Shown one piece after another: positions 1 through 9,882 of a DNA stretch of 64,000 nucleotides. The DNA comes from an uncultured virus (IMG/VR IMGVR_UViG_3300025280_000025). Lineage: Duplodnaviria > Heunggongvirae > Uroviricota > Caudoviricetes. The notes under the pieces were generated by a model. The model did no database searches. It had not been told where the DNA came from and saw nothing but the letters and a program-made list of their open reading frames with translations. The translations under genes and the position numbers were made by a program. Where the stretch lies: the IMG/VR virus record IMGVR_UViG_3300025280_000025; one strand, given 5' to 3'. The first letter of the stretch is position 1; each line of letters begins with the position of its first letter.

Positions 1-344
1 CTATTAATATGGTCAGTTAAATTATGTAGTCTAATATTACCTTCTGAATCCTGTCTAGCATTAGCCTTAATTCTTTCCCCATCATCATTCGTATGATACG
101 ATACAAGTTCTGCACTTAAAGTATCGGTCGGCAAATCTATAATCCCATCTGTACTTAAATTATATTTCTTAACATAGGTGTTACTAGCCATCCCTCTTAG
201 TTGAAAGTCTGTGATATTTCTTTCTAAGATAAACAGAGAAACCTCTGTATCTAGACCACTCTCTCCCTCTAGATCGTTGACTAGAGATTCTCCTGCCATT
301 AGCAGCATATGATTAACTGCATCTAGCTTAGTTATTGCACCCAT
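1..344 (-). CDS. Tail tubular protein A (T7 gp11-like), 5' part, runs off the window
   Basis: Manual translation MGAITKLDAVNHMLLMAGESLVNDLEG matches the gp11 N-terminal LxAVNxMLxxxGE pattern. Follows the capsid gene; RBS AAGGAG. Confidence 0.85.
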   Translation of the reverse strand, partial: MGAITKLDAVNHMLLMAGESLVNDLEGESGLDTEVSLFILERNITDFQLRGMASNTYVKKYNLSTDGIIDLPTDTLSAELVSYHTNDDGERIKANARQDSEGNIRLHNLTDHIN

Positions 345-356
345 GTTATCTCCTTT

Positions 357-393
357 TAAAAAGACTTAAGTCCCCCCAGAGGGGGGACTTAAG
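357..393 (-). terminator. Intrinsic terminator after the major capsid gene (T-phi position)
   Basis: CTTAAGTCCCCCC/GGGGGGACTTAAG stem followed by a T-run on the minus strand. Confidence 0.85.
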
Positions 394-417
394 CATCATT
401 GCTAATTAAAGCAAGTA

Positions 418-1674
418 TTACGCATCTGCATATTCTGCAGCCATACCCCAAGCACCTCGCAATTTAGTACGAGTGTCTGAAGCTGAGCCAGAACCTGAAA
501 CTGTTGTATCAAGAACTGCACAAGCAAGTTCTGGACGCAGTGTTCCAGTACCAGACATCATTGAAGCAACCGTGAAAGTTGTGTTACGACGTACATCGTC
601 AACATTGTCAACTTTCAATCCCTGTAGTTTCAATGAAGCTACGCAACCTCGTTGCCACAAGATTGCTTTACAAGCTCCGCCTTCGTTAGCCGTAGTTGGT
701 GTACCTGTAAACTTAAGATTATATCGACCTTCGCCAATATTGTCCGCAGATGCAACATAGTTGCTGAACGGACCGTGCATTGTCTTACAGATTGTGCAAC
801 CCATATAGGTTAACAGTTCTGAAAGCTGTGGACGACCAGCTAGGGATGAACCCAAGCCATCGTAATCTCCACCAAACATCTTAGCTGTTGGACCATTGAC
901 TGCCCAAGTTTGTATTGCTTCATTTGTATCTACTACGTTACCGTAACCAAGATCCAAGTAATCACGAGCAACACCCAGAGCACGAATGCTTTGGAATGCA
1001 GCTGGAGTTACCGCACAATAAACACCTTCAGTACCGATGTTATTTTCTTGCAAATAAACCATCCAGTCCTCAATATGCTTAAGAAGCAAGAGGGCTGCAT
1101 CAGTTTCGTTGGTGTCACCACCAGCATCACCTAGGTGTTCGTAAGTAGTACTACCAAATGGATCCTTAGGTGTTAACGAAGCTCTAGGATCATTTGTTAG
1201 TTTGTCTTCAGCACAAGCACGAGCAATGTAAGCAGCAATTTGCTTATCGCGTGCGTTAGCTAAAGTCATACCAGCTTGACGAGCAAGCTCTGCACGATAC
1301 TCCCATTGAGTTAACATCAAGTCAATGTTGTCAAGTTCAAAGTGAGCAGCTATAGGACGCTTATCCAAGTTAATCTTGAATGTTGTCGCTGTAGCATTGT
1401 GGCCACCGATGAGTTCTTCACCAGCACCCCATGCAGTTTTCAAGCTAACAGTACCAGTGATGGGAAATTCCATCGCAGCACCACTTGAAATAGTTCGGGA
1501 ATCTACCATTCCCTCAAATTTGTTGTATTCATCGTAGGCATGAATGACTTCTCCCGACCAGATTGGAAGCCAAAGCTTACCTGGGGGGTTTGAGTCAGAA
1601 GTCAAGTTTGTTACGTTGGTTCGGTAAGGCAGTCCTACTGCCGTTACGTCATGACCAGTTGTACCATATGACAT
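418..1674 (-). CDS. Major capsid protein (T7 gp10-like)
   Basis: LWLPIWSGEV...RTISSG...FPITG N-terminus and G.G.LRPE.A C-terminus typical of gp10. Lies between scaffold and gp11. Confidence 0.93.
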   Translation of the reverse strand: MSYGTTGHDVTAVGLPYRTNVTNLTSDSNPPGKLWLPIWSGEVIHAYDEYNKFEGMVDSRTISSGAAMEFPITGTVSLKTAWGAGEELIGGHNATATTFKINLDKRPIAAHFELDNIDLMLTQWEYRAELARQAGMTLANARDKQIAAYIARACAEDKLTNDPRASLTPKDPFGSTTYEHLGDAGGDTNETDAALLLLKHIEDWMVYLQENNIGTEGVYCAVTPAAFQSIRALGVARDYLDLGYGNVVDTNEAIQTWAVNGPTAKMFGGDYDGLGSSLAGRPQLSELLTYMGCTICKTMHGPFSNYVASADNIGEGRYNLKFTGTPTTANEGGACKAILWQRGCVASLKLQGLKVDNVDDVRRNTTFTVASMMSGTGTLRPELACAVLDTTVSGSGSASDTRTKLRGAWGMAAEYADA

Positions 1675-1851
1675 AATTATGTCTCCTTAATAAAAAGTAA
1701 TATATTACGGAAATAATTTCTGACACTATAAAGAATTACTCTTTCGAGTTCTCTAACATGCGGATAGTTCATCTCATACAGTATCCATTGTCTCTGTTAG
1801 GAGAGGGATCTCTGTATATTTAGCGTTCTCCTCTTTTGTAAGGTCCGTACC

Positions 1852-2793
1852 TTACGCTGGCAAGGAATTGAAATCCGTGCGTTGCATTCTCTGTTCCACA
1901 GCCTGTCGGTAAGCTGGTTCTAGCTTAAACCTTGGGTTGTTGCGGTCTGCAGTGAATTCACGCTTGGTTTTATATCCCATATAGCCAGTATCAGTAGCAG
2001 CCACTTGCCCCATATTAGCATTAGACATTGGCTCTTGTGCTTGTTCTGTTGCAATTGGTCTGTTATTGTACATTGATTCTAGTCCTCTTAGAGTTACCTC
2101 ATAAGAAGAACCAGCAAGTCCCATGTTAATATGAGCTTGATCTTCTTTGCTTAAATTAGTTTCAGCCCAGTTAAATATTTGTTCTAACTTATCGTCACCA
2201 CCTACTACCTCTGCAGCAGTACTATAAGCTTCTCTTCTCTGAGATTTTTGACCATCAATAAATGTATCAATAACCTCATCAGGATAACCCGTAACCTCTC
2301 TGATACCTGCTCTAGTATTTTCAGATAGATCTCCCATTACACTCAACTCTTGTCCCCATGCATGCCACATTTGTGCTGTAACATTAGACGGAGCAATATT
2401 AGGATCTGGTAGATCTCTTTGTAAGTTAAGACGAAGTTCTTCATCTGTCTGAGGTCTCATAGGAGCCTGTTGTTGTTCTTGCACAGGCTCTCGGTAGTTA
2501 GGGTTTTCAGTTCCTTGCTCATTATAAGTTCTTTTTAGGTCTGCAATTTCTTGTCTAGCTTGGGTATACTGTCCCTGTGCAGACTTAAGAGAATCAAACC
2601 AATCTCCAGCTGTCTTAAAGTTTTCTGGAATTTGTGTGCCTTGGTTTTGTACATGCTGTTCAAACCTAACACGCTCTTGTTGAGACTGCATATCAGTTAC
2701 AGGTGTAGTAGTAGCATTTTCCTGCATGTCTGCTAACCTAGCCTGATCTTCTGTCGGTTGTATTGGTTGTTGATAGTCTTGTTGTTCATTCAT
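1852..2793 (-). CDS. Capsid assembly scaffold (T7 gp9-like)
   Basis: Acidic and Q-rich; VGG..L..I..WA..NLS motif; C-terminal NPRFKLEPAYRQAVEQR; lies upstream of the capsid gene. Confidence 0.85.
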   Translation of the reverse strand: MNEQQDYQQPIQPTEDQARLADMQENATTTPVTDMQSQQERVRFEQHVQNQGTQIPENFKTAGDWFDSLKSAQGQYTQARQEIADLKRTYNEQGTENPNYREPVQEQQQAPMRPQTDEELRLNLQRDLPDPNIAPSNVTAQMWHAWGQELSVMGDLSENTRAGIREVTGYPDEVIDTFIDGQKSQRREAYSTAAEVVGGDDKLEQIFNWAETNLSKEDQAHINMGLAGSSYEVTLRGLESMYNNRPIATEQAQEPMSNANMGQVAATDTGYMGYKTKREFTADRNNPRFKLEPAYRQAVEQRMQRTDFNSLPA

Positions 2794-2829
2794 ACGTTAA
2801 TCTCCTTACGATTATTCTGCTCCCCAGAG

Positions 2830-3066
2830 TCAAAGGATTTTTATTAGGAGGCTCATGCCCCCAGAAATTACAATAGCAATACCTGCAGCCCACGTAGCTG
2901 CTTTAGTTTGTAGTACGACTATATTACGCTCTATTTTTGCCAGTCTTTTATCCATAGATTCTAATCTTTTATTGGTTCTTTCTAGTTCATTTATAACTAA
3001 TCTCTTATACTGATCCCAACCATTAGTGCCTTCAGAATGTGTTTCCCATGGATTTTGTGGTGGCAT
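2830..3066 (-). CDS. Small coiled-coil protein with C-terminal TM helix (holin/XhlA-like architecture)
   Basis: Heptad segment followed by a hydrophobic tail. Clear homolog at 32124-32357. Confidence 0.6.
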   Translation of the reverse strand: MPPQNPWETHSEGTNGWDQYKRLVINELERTNKRLESMDKRLAKIERNIVVLQTKAATWAAGIAIVISGGMSLLIKIL

Positions 3067-3071
3067 AAAAC

Positions 3072-4061
3072 TTATTCCTCGTACAAGGCTACGATATTAG
3101 TAGCATTAGTGTTAGTAGCCATAACTTTAGTGGCAGGGGTCATCTCTATAATACTACCAACAGCCCTTTTTTTAAGAACTGTAGTTACTCCGTCCAATAC
3201 TACAGCCACATCAGCTTTTTTAGCATTGAACCACTTGTCTGTTAAATAATCATAAATAACTCCTCTTTCTCTAGCACTTAAATTTTTCTTCCATATTAAT
3301 ATTTCAGCAATCTCTCCATCCATACCTTGTCCATAAGTAGGAGTAGTATCTTCTAGTCTTTGTCCTATATAAAGATCATCAGTTCCAGTAAGGTCTTCGG
3401 TATTAGATACAGAACTACCATCAGTAGCATTATTAAGATATAGTTGTAGAGTGTTTACCGAATTCCTCTGTACCCCCACAACATACCAAGTACCTGTACT
3501 TAGTGTCGCAGCACCTACTGCATCATTACCAGAAACATGGAACTTCATAACACCATCATCACAAATCCATGTCCATTCAGACGAGTGTTTATCCTTAGCC
3601 ATTACAGCCGAATTGCCATTCACAGCATCAAACTTAACTAACGCTATCATTGAAAAGGCACCAGTAAAATCAAAATCAGCATGGTCGTCTACCTTAAACC
3701 CATCATCATTTGCTCCAGCCCTATCAAAATCTATAGTGGCTAATCCATTAGTAGCAGCAATACCAGCCTCTACATGAGGAGCGTTTGTTATTGCTGCATT
3801 ATGACTATTGCCAGACTGATCAGCCCATGTGGATATAGTAGTTCCTGATGATACAGCTACCCCAGCATTAGCCTTAAGCCATAGCTTGGGACTGTGTAAG
3901 TCACCTACAACTACATTAGCTTCAAAGTTTCCATCTCCTACATATAATGCACTAAAGAACGGTTCTTCTCCAGGACCGTAAAGAGTACTATCGCTAGGAG
4001 TAATAGCCGAAGCACTAGAATACCCCTTTTTACCGCCATCTTGCATTGGAAAACTAGGCAT
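3072..4061 (-). CDS. Head-spike base-like protein with inserted LamG/ConA-like domain
   Basis: N-terminal ASAITPSDS..ALYVG and C-terminal KVMATNTNATNIVALY resemble the RcGTA Rcc01079 spike-base family. The middle (W.DQSGN, GTWYVV, LYIG, DGEIAEILIW) is LamG-like. Confidence 0.7.
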   Translation of the reverse strand: MPSFPMQDGGKKGYSSASAITPSDSTLYGPGEEPFFSALYVGDGNFEANVVVGDLHSPKLWLKANAGVAVSSGTTISTWADQSGNSHNAAITNAPHVEAGIAATNGLATIDFDRAGANDDGFKVDDHADFDFTGAFSMIALVKFDAVNGNSAVMAKDKHSSEWTWICDDGVMKFHVSGNDAVGAATLSTGTWYVVGVQRNSVNTLQLYLNNATDGSSVSNTEDLTGTDDLYIGQRLEDTTPTYGQGMDGEIAEILIWKKNLSARERGVIYDYLTDKWFNAKKADVAVVLDGVTTVLKKRAVGSIIEMTPATKVMATNTNATNIVALYEE

Positions 4062-4063
4062 GT

Positions 4064-4411
4064 TTATGGATCCGCCCTGGTTACTACATCAATACCTGTA
4101 CTCAGTGCTACACAATCGGTAACTGTACTATCTGTATGTAAAGCTTTGAACGCAAAGGGATATATAGTACCTTCAATAGCATTCTTAAACTCTACTGCTA
4201 CAGTATCATTAAGAAGAATTAGATCCATATCACCAGCAACTCCTACGTATATACCATCTGGATATACCTTACGAGCTGTAGTGGGGTTTCCATCAGCTCC
4301 TGTAAAAGAATATGCTTCTGTGTACTCAAAAGCGTGTAATGATGTACCGCTTCCTTCTCCATCATCATCTGGTACAATAGCTTTGGCTCTTATATATTTT
4401 TCCATTGACAT
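4064..4411 (-). CDS. Head-spike base-like protein (Rcc01079-like)
   Basis: RAKAIVPDD...GIYVGVAGD...FKNAIEGTIYP...VAL pattern. Confidence 0.55.
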   Translation of the reverse strand: MSMEKYIRAKAIVPDDDGEGSGTSLHAFEYTEAYSFTGADGNPTTARKVYPDGIYVGVAGDMDLILLNDTVAVEFKNAIEGTIYPFAFKALHTDSTVTDCVALSTGIDVVTRADP

Positions 4412-4423
4412 TTTATTTCTCCT

Positions 4424-5551
4424 TTAAGACTTCTTGTATGCCACTTTAAATTTTGCTGTAAAGGAAGAGCCAAGATTTAAGTTAGTATTATTAACAACCA
4501 ATCTAAACCACGGAGCTACAATATCTGTAGCATCTACCAAATACAATTTATCACCTGTAACATTAGGTTGAATATCATTAGCTATTCTTACTCCAGAAAT
4601 AGCAGATCCACTTCCACCAGTAAAGCTTACAACTGTAGCATTAGTAAGAGCATCAGTAATAGTTGTATTACCTACATCTCCAGCCACTAATTGAGTAACA
4701 GTTAGCTGACCTGCCCCATCGTTCTGAGTAGTAATAGCTCCATTGTGTCCAGCAGTAGCTGCTATGCAAGCAGCTAAAGATGTAACAGCACTAGTGAACT
4801 CACCGCCTGTAAAGCTAGTACTAGTAGTATTAGCAAGATTCTCGGTAATAGTTCTATTTCCATCAGCTCCTGCAGTAGCTTGGGTTAACGTAAGACCGCC
4901 AGCCCCATCATCAACTACAGTGATCTTACCAGCATGTCCACCAGCGTTATCAATAGCTAGCTTTAACTTAGCCCCACAGTCAGCAGCACTAACGTCTGCT
5001 TTAAACTGGTTAACTCCAGCGGTAAAGTCTGAAGATGGATGTGCAATATAGGTTCTAGATAAACCATCTTCAGAAATAATTTGAATAGTTTGTGCTAAAG
5101 TAGGTAGCCCTGCAAAAGTAATGGTAGCTGTAGCAGCAGTACCGCTAACATTAAAATATCTCGCACCTAAATCTTCTGAAGCTTTAGCTGTATATACTTT
5201 AGCATTTCCTAAATAATCTACTAAGGTTACTGTACCATCCACAGCCGGAAGATCTGTCAGGGTAATAGTACCTTCAGATCGAATATTTTTAGTAGTCCAT
5301 GTAGTTCCATCAATAGAAACCTGTAATTGAAAGTCTGCGTTAACGTCATTTCCTGCACCAATTACTTCTACACCCACCAGAAACTTTTTCTCTAGTGCTG
5401 TATATATACTACTGTCTAACGCTACTGTACCTAGAGCATCTGTACCAGCTCCTGAAGCGGTTAGTGCATTAGATGTTGCTGTAGTTAAAACCTCATAACC
5501 ATTAGTTTTAGTTTTGGTAAACGCCTTAGATTGTACTTGAATAACACTCAT
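4424..5551 (-). CDS. Virion decoration/fibre-like protein with a nested duplicated beta-domain
   Basis: T/A/G-rich, with two copies of GH.G.IT...DGAG.LT.TQ..AG..GN.TIT..L.N....SFTGG. Confidence 0.6.
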   Translation of the reverse strand: MSVIQVQSKAFTKTKTNGYEVLTTATSNALTASGAGTDALGTVALDSSIYTALEKKFLVGVEVIGAGNDVNADFQLQVSIDGTTWTTKNIRSEGTITLTDLPAVDGTVTLVDYLGNAKVYTAKASEDLGARYFNVSGTAATATITFAGLPTLAQTIQIISEDGLSRTYIAHPSSDFTAGVNQFKADVSAADCGAKLKLAIDNAGGHAGKITVVDDGAGGLTLTQATAGADGNRTITENLANTTSTSFTGGEFTSAVTSLAACIAATAGHNGAITTQNDGAGQLTVTQLVAGDVGNTTITDALTNATVVSFTGGSGSAISGVRIANDIQPNVTGDKLYLVDATDIVAPWFRLVVNNTNLNLGSSFTAKFKVAYKKS

Positions 5552-7107
5552 TGAGCCATCCCTCCCATTCCTTGTTGCATACCTTGCATTGCCATTTGTT
5601 CTGCCACGTTAGTCATAGCTTGTTGCCCTCCTATTTGTGCTTGTTGTTGAGCTTGCATTGCCATTTGTTCTTGCTGAGCAGCCATCTGCTCTTGCTGTAG
5701 CTCTTCTTCTGTTTTAATCCAAGCATCAGGAGAGAATCCTAATGATGTAATTAGAGCTTTGCCGAATTGATCCCATCTAAACATAGCTGCTGCTTGTTCA
5801 GGAAGATTACGAACCATCTCACCCATTTGCATGAGTTTTTGTAGGTCAGTATCCCTGCTCAAAGCTTGCAGTCCAGTTACAATTTCGATATTTAATAAAC
5901 CCTCATTCTCAAACATGTCTTTAAGTCGATCATCTATATCACCTTGAGCCATCATTAAAAATACACATCGTCTTACTATAGGCTGCATTAGTTCTCTAGC
6001 AATAGAAGAGAATGCTCCACCTAAAACATGTTCTAGTTCTTGTCCAATCATTCTTACTGCAGTAGCAGTAACCCTATCCCCTGTTGGCATACTAGAGGAG
6101 TCCATAAGGAATGCTTTCCCTATTTCTTTTCTTAATATCTCTACACCAGCTTGAGTAGCTTGTATCTGAGGGGTCATTGTAGTAGCTGGTGATATAGCAA
6201 ACACTTCATTCATTCTTGCAGGGACAAAGTTACCTGTAGGACTCATGGCTAAGTCATCTATTTCTGTCATTCCAGCAGGATCTACTCCCATCCAGAATAA
6301 AGAAGATGCTGTAACTCCATGAATCAGTCCTTCTGTAAATGCTTCAAGAGATTTAATATCACCAATCATATCTTCACAATGAGATCTTCCATAGTTTTCA
6401 CTAGGTATACTAGCCCATCTAAGTACAGTGTAAGGTAATACATCAAACGTACCCTTGTCTACAACATTTCCCTCTGTATCTTGCTTCTCTATTTTCCAGC
6501 CACCCTTGTCACCAGGAGTAACCCTGACATATATTTTTCTGTAGCCTCTCTTTTCATTTTGAGTCATAGAAGAAGTAAGTGATGTGGCATCATCATCTCT
6601 CTCTTCTTTAATAGAGTCAAATTCTATAAAGATTAGTTCTTCTATTTTACCATGAACATCTCGCCTACATACATATCTATCCAGACGTATAACTCTAAAG
6701 TCAAAGTCATCATCCATGACAACAAGTACATCACCAACAACGATTAGATGTTGGAGCACTTGGTAAATTGTTTCTCTGAAATTAGCTGAAGATAATTTAT
6801 TATATACCTGATAGCTTAATGCTTCTAGATAAGAATAGATTTCAGCGTCAGGCTCTACACCTGAAGATAGTTCAAACTTAAAGAAAGGCATATCATTTAA
6901 AGGAAGTAATGCACTTAGCATTCTACTTGCCATAGAAGTTACACCTTTAGCAGCTACAGAACTATACGGTTGAGCTAAAGGCTCTTGCTCTGTCCATCCT
7001 GAAGGAGGAAGAAGAGACGGCACAGTTAAAGAACTAAAGTACCTAGCTCTTTCGAGCTTACTGGTTCTTAAACCATCTAGATTTTTAAAGTGAAATCCTA
7101 TATTCAT
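5548..7107 (-). CDS. Portal (head-tail connector, T7 gp8-like)
   Basis: PYSSVAAKGVTSMASRMLSALLP, ENYGRS, RVTATAVR and TGLQALSR motifs. Confidence 0.95.
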   Translation of the reverse strand: MNIGFHFKNLDGLRTSKLERARYFSSLTVPSLLPPSGWTEQEPLAQPYSSVAAKGVTSMASRMLSALLPLNDMPFFKFELSSGVEPDAEIYSYLEALSYQVYNKLSSANFRETIYQVLQHLIVVGDVLVVMDDDFDFRVIRLDRYVCRRDVHGKIEELIFIEFDSIKEERDDDATSLTSSMTQNEKRGYRKIYVRVTPGDKGGWKIEKQDTEGNVVDKGTFDVLPYTVLRWASIPSENYGRSHCEDMIGDIKSLEAFTEGLIHGVTASSLFWMGVDPAGMTEIDDLAMSPTGNFVPARMNEVFAISPATTMTPQIQATQAGVEILRKEIGKAFLMDSSSMPTGDRVTATAVRMIGQELEHVLGGAFSSIARELMQPIVRRCVFLMMAQGDIDDRLKDMFENEGLLNIEIVTGLQALSRDTDLQKLMQMGEMVRNLPEQAAAMFRWDQFGKALITSLGFSPDAWIKTEEELQQEQMAAQQEQMAMQAQQQAQIGGQQAMTNVAEQMAMQGMQQGMGGMAQ

Positions 7108-7112
7108 AGTTA

Positions 7113-7481
7113 TTATTTCCTACTAGGGAAGAAACCCTTAGGCTGACCTAAAAAGTTTTGTCCTCCTCCTTGAGCTCCTTGTAACAAAGCAGCAAACATA
7201 TCACCAAACCCCTCATCTCTATCAGAAACTGAATACATTTCTTCTGCTTCTTCTACGGCTGCTCGTTCTTCTTCCGCAAGATTTCTAATCCTAGACTCTT
7301 CTTCTTTCATTTTTCTTGCAGCTATTCTAGCATCTCTCTCTTCTTGCTCTTGTCTTTCTTTCTCAGCTTCAGATCTAAAGTATTCTCGATCTTCTAAGTC
7401 TCTAGTTCTAGCTCTTTGAGCAGATTCTTCTGCTACTTTAGCTTGTTGTGCAAACATTTTTGCATAATTGGGTGATGACAT
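7113..7481 (-). CDS. Small charged coiled-coil protein at the T7 gp7.3-like position
   Basis: Immediately upstream of the portal; E/R-rich helix. Confidence 0.45.
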   Translation of the reverse strand: MSSPNYAKMFAQQAKVAEESAQRARTRDLEDREYFRSEAEKERQEQEERDARIAARKMKEEESRIRNLAEEERAAVEEAEEMYSVSDRDEGFGDMFAALLQGAQGGGQNFLGQPKGFFPSRK

Positions 7482-7496
7482 ACTTTAACTCCTTCT

Positions 7497-7898
7497 CTAA
7501 GGTCTTTTCATTCCTAAACGCAGTGGTCTAGAACCTTTAAATTTTCTGGCTCGTACTTTTCTTCTTTCTTTACCCCTAGAACCCACAGCTCCACCAGTAC
7601 CTAGCCTTGATCGTACTAGGTCTCCTACTTTTGCTGAAGTTTCTTCTCGAATAACTCCTGCTTCTTGTACTTCTCTACGTTTCTTAGCCTTAGCAGCTCT
7701 GCCTTTACGAATATCTTTTACATCTTGAATACCTTTTAACCTACCAGCTTCGGCAGCCTCCATCTGAGCTTGAGCATCGGCAGCCATTTGTGCTCTTTCC
7801 TCAGCATCAGGTGCACCAAAGATATCTTCAGTTACAAAGTCTTCAATATCGTCCCATAGATCTCCAACATCATCCCAAATATTTTCTACGGTTCCCAT
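7497..7898 (-). CDS. Small putative virion protein with basic C-terminus (RLGMKRP), gp6.7-like position
   Basis: Acidic N-terminus, basic C-terminus; last gene of the array. Confidence 0.5.
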   Translation of the reverse strand: MGTVENIWDDVGDLWDDIEDFVTEDIFGAPDAEERAQMAADAQAQMEAAEAGRLKGIQDVKDIRKGRAAKAKKRREVQEAGVIREETSAKVGDLVRSRLGTGGAVGSRGKERRKVRARKFKGSRPLRLGMKRP

Positions 7899-8455
7899 TA
7901 CCTACCCCTCTTTCTTTTAGAGCCCAATCTTGGACTATAGCTAGTCATCCTCTTAGATGGATCGAGTGGACCGGGATAAGGATCTTTTTCTGAGTCTGGT
8001 AATCTTCCAGGATAGCGTTCTGGTTTTTGTGGAGGCCCCGATGGGAAATAAGGGTAGCCCGGAGGAGCCGTAGCACCTTGAGGGTCGCCAGAGTCACCAA
8101 AGAGCCAATTGAATAAACCAAAGTGTTTTGGCATTGCTCCTATTCCATAAGGGGGGTGCGATATATCTTTCCCATGTTCAGTCATTACCATATGATTACC
8201 ATACTCACCATGACTATGCATCTCAGGTCCGGAAAATCCATGACTATCGAATCTGTCTCCTTTCAAGATTGCGTCTAGTATACCAGTAGGTGTTTCATCA
8301 TATGGATCATACTTAGGTTCGTCACCCGGTCTAACGAAACTTCTCTCGCTGCCCCTACCACCTCTATTTTTTTTACCCTTTTTTCTCATAGGATCTGGGT
8401 TAGGTGTTGGACCTGGCCAAGGATTAATTGGTGTTGGTACTGGTGGAAAACTCAT
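7898..8455 (-). CDS. Pro-rich array protein ending RLGSKRKRGR
   Basis: TAATG coupling at both ends. Shares GAMPKHF and DPQGA.APPG with its neighbours. Confidence 0.7.
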   Translation of the reverse strand: MSFPPVPTPINPWPGPTPNPDPMRKKGKKNRGGRGSERSFVRPGDEPKYDPYDETPTGILDAILKGDRFDSHGFSGPEMHSHGEYGNHMVMTEHGKDISHPPYGIGAMPKHFGLFNWLFGDSGDPQGATAPPGYPYFPSGPPQKPERYPGRLPDSEKDPYPGPLDPSKRMTSYSPRLGSKRKRGR

Positions 8456-8934
8456 TACCTACCTCTCTTTCTTTTAGAGCCTAACTGGACTCCCCTTGTA
8501 TTCTTCTTCCTCTTACCTCTGCTCGGAATACTTCCTGGAGGAGCCATAGCACCTTGAGGATCTTCTTCTTCCTTCTCGAACCATTCCTGGAACGCTTCAT
8601 CTAGCCACGAAGTATCAAAGTGTTCATCTATTGCTCCTTCTTGGTAGGGACCTCTCGACCAATCATCAAGCGTGGGATTTTTAACGCCGATGTGGGTCAG
8701 ATCGTATGCAGGATCATCTGGGCTCACATGCCCCCAGATCGAATCAAAATCTTCGCCTTCTCTATAACCACCTATAGGGTTCTGAACGTAGTGCCACTTT
8801 ACGTGTCCTGCTTCATGCGGAGGTTTGGGCCAGCCAAGAACTGCAGGTCGGTTTTCATCTTCATCTTCAAAGCTGAATGCTTCTGGGTCTGAAAATTCGT
8901 AGAAAAATCGGTTAAACTTCTCTGCCAATCCCAT
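8455..8934 (-). CDS. Acidic array protein ending NTRGVQLGSKRKRGR
   Basis: TAATG coupling; GAIDEHFD and DPQGAMAPPG motifs. Confidence 0.7.
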   Translation of the reverse strand: MGLAEKFNRFFYEFSDPEAFSFEDEDENRPAVLGWPKPPHEAGHVKWHYVQNPIGGYREGEDFDSIWGHVSPDDPAYDLTHIGVKNPTLDDWSRGPYQEGAIDEHFDTSWLDEAFQEWFEKEEEDPQGAMAPPGSIPSRGKRKKNTRGVQLGSKRKRGR

Positions 8935-9497
8935 TACTTACCTCTCTTTCTTTTAGAGCCTAACTGAACTCCTCTTGTATTCTTTTTCTTACCTCTAGAT
9001 GCAGGAGGTTGTCCTGTGTTGCTACTACGATAGTACTCCTTTAGATCTTCTTCTTGTTGGTGCAACGAAGGGCTTGTGGGTTTAAACAAATCATCATTAT
9101 TGCCAGGAATATTCCACCAAGGCCAATCATCCATATCACCTAGTAGAATATTTGTCAAGAAGTCAAAATGTTTGGGTATTGCTCCTTCATTATAAGGATC
9201 TCTAAAGTTATAAAACTTTAATATATGTTCAGCCCATTCCTCTTCTGGGTTTTTCTCTGGATAGATATCTTCCCATGGTATTCTAGTTGGGGTATCTGGT
9301 ATTCTTTCAGGATACAGAGGTACTAGATCCCTGTCCTCCCCCTGTCCATTTCCTCCACGCGGGTGTTCTATTGGAATTTCTCTTTTACGAGGTCGACCCC
9401 CTGGCCCTTTCCTCGGTGGGTGTCTAGGTGGTCTTGGATTTGGATTCTGTGGAGGAAACCGTGGTGGTCTTCTCTCTTCTTTTTTACCCCATCCCAT
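8934..9497 (-). CDS. Pro/Arg-rich array protein ending NTRGVQLGSKRKRGK
   Basis: Likely start MGWGKK at 9497, right after the upstream stop (the track's GTG start at 9530 is also possible). GAIPKHFD motif. Confidence 0.7.
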   Translation of the reverse strand: MGWGKKEERRPPRFPPQNPNPRPPRHPPRKGPGGRPRKREIPIEHPRGGNGQGEDRDLVPLYPERIPDTPTRIPWEDIYPEKNPEEEWAEHILKFYNFRDPYNEGAIPKHFDFLTNILLGDMDDWPWWNIPGNNDDLFKPTSPSLHQQEEDLKEYYRSSNTGQPPASRGKKKNTRGVQLGSKRKRGK

Positions 9498-9498
9498 C

Positions 9499-9882
9499 TT
9501 AGTATGGCCACCAAGTTCTGTAAAGCCCACCTATTCCTTGAGGTGCTTCCTGCCACCACATATTATTGGCACCTTGACCGCCTGGTATTTGTGGACTTGA
9601 TCCACTACGTATGTGTTGTCGCAAGTATTGCTGCCTCGCGTAACCAGGATTTAGTGGGAATGGCTCATCTGGTGCGAAGCCTCGCGTTCCAGGAGCAGGC
9701 AATGCGTTAGGCCTGTCGGTTGGTCCTCCCCAAGCTCTCTCTGCTCTTGGTCTATTTGTTTTTTTCTTAGTCTTTGATCTGCTGCTAGGTCTTGGTCTTC
9801 CACCACCACCCCCTTGTGTAGATCTTGCCATAGGATGAACTGTTCTAAATCTTTGGCTATAGTCATCTCGTGGTGCTCCCAT
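9499..9882 (-). CDS. Basic low-complexity array protein (lacks the shared tail)
   Basis: TAATG-coupled to the upstream gene; R/G/P-rich. Confidence 0.55.
   Translation of the reverse strand: MGAPRDDYSQRFRTVHPMARSTQGGGGGRPRPSSRSKTKKKTNRPRAERAWGGPTDRPNALPAPGTRGFAPDEPFPLNPGYARQQYLRQHIRSGSSPQIPGGQGANNMWWQEAPQGIGGLYRTWWPY

Noticed and set aside
395..440. T7 gp10B-type capsid frameshift extension
   Set aside because: The terminator and gp11 start follow within ~75 nt, leaving no room for an extension.
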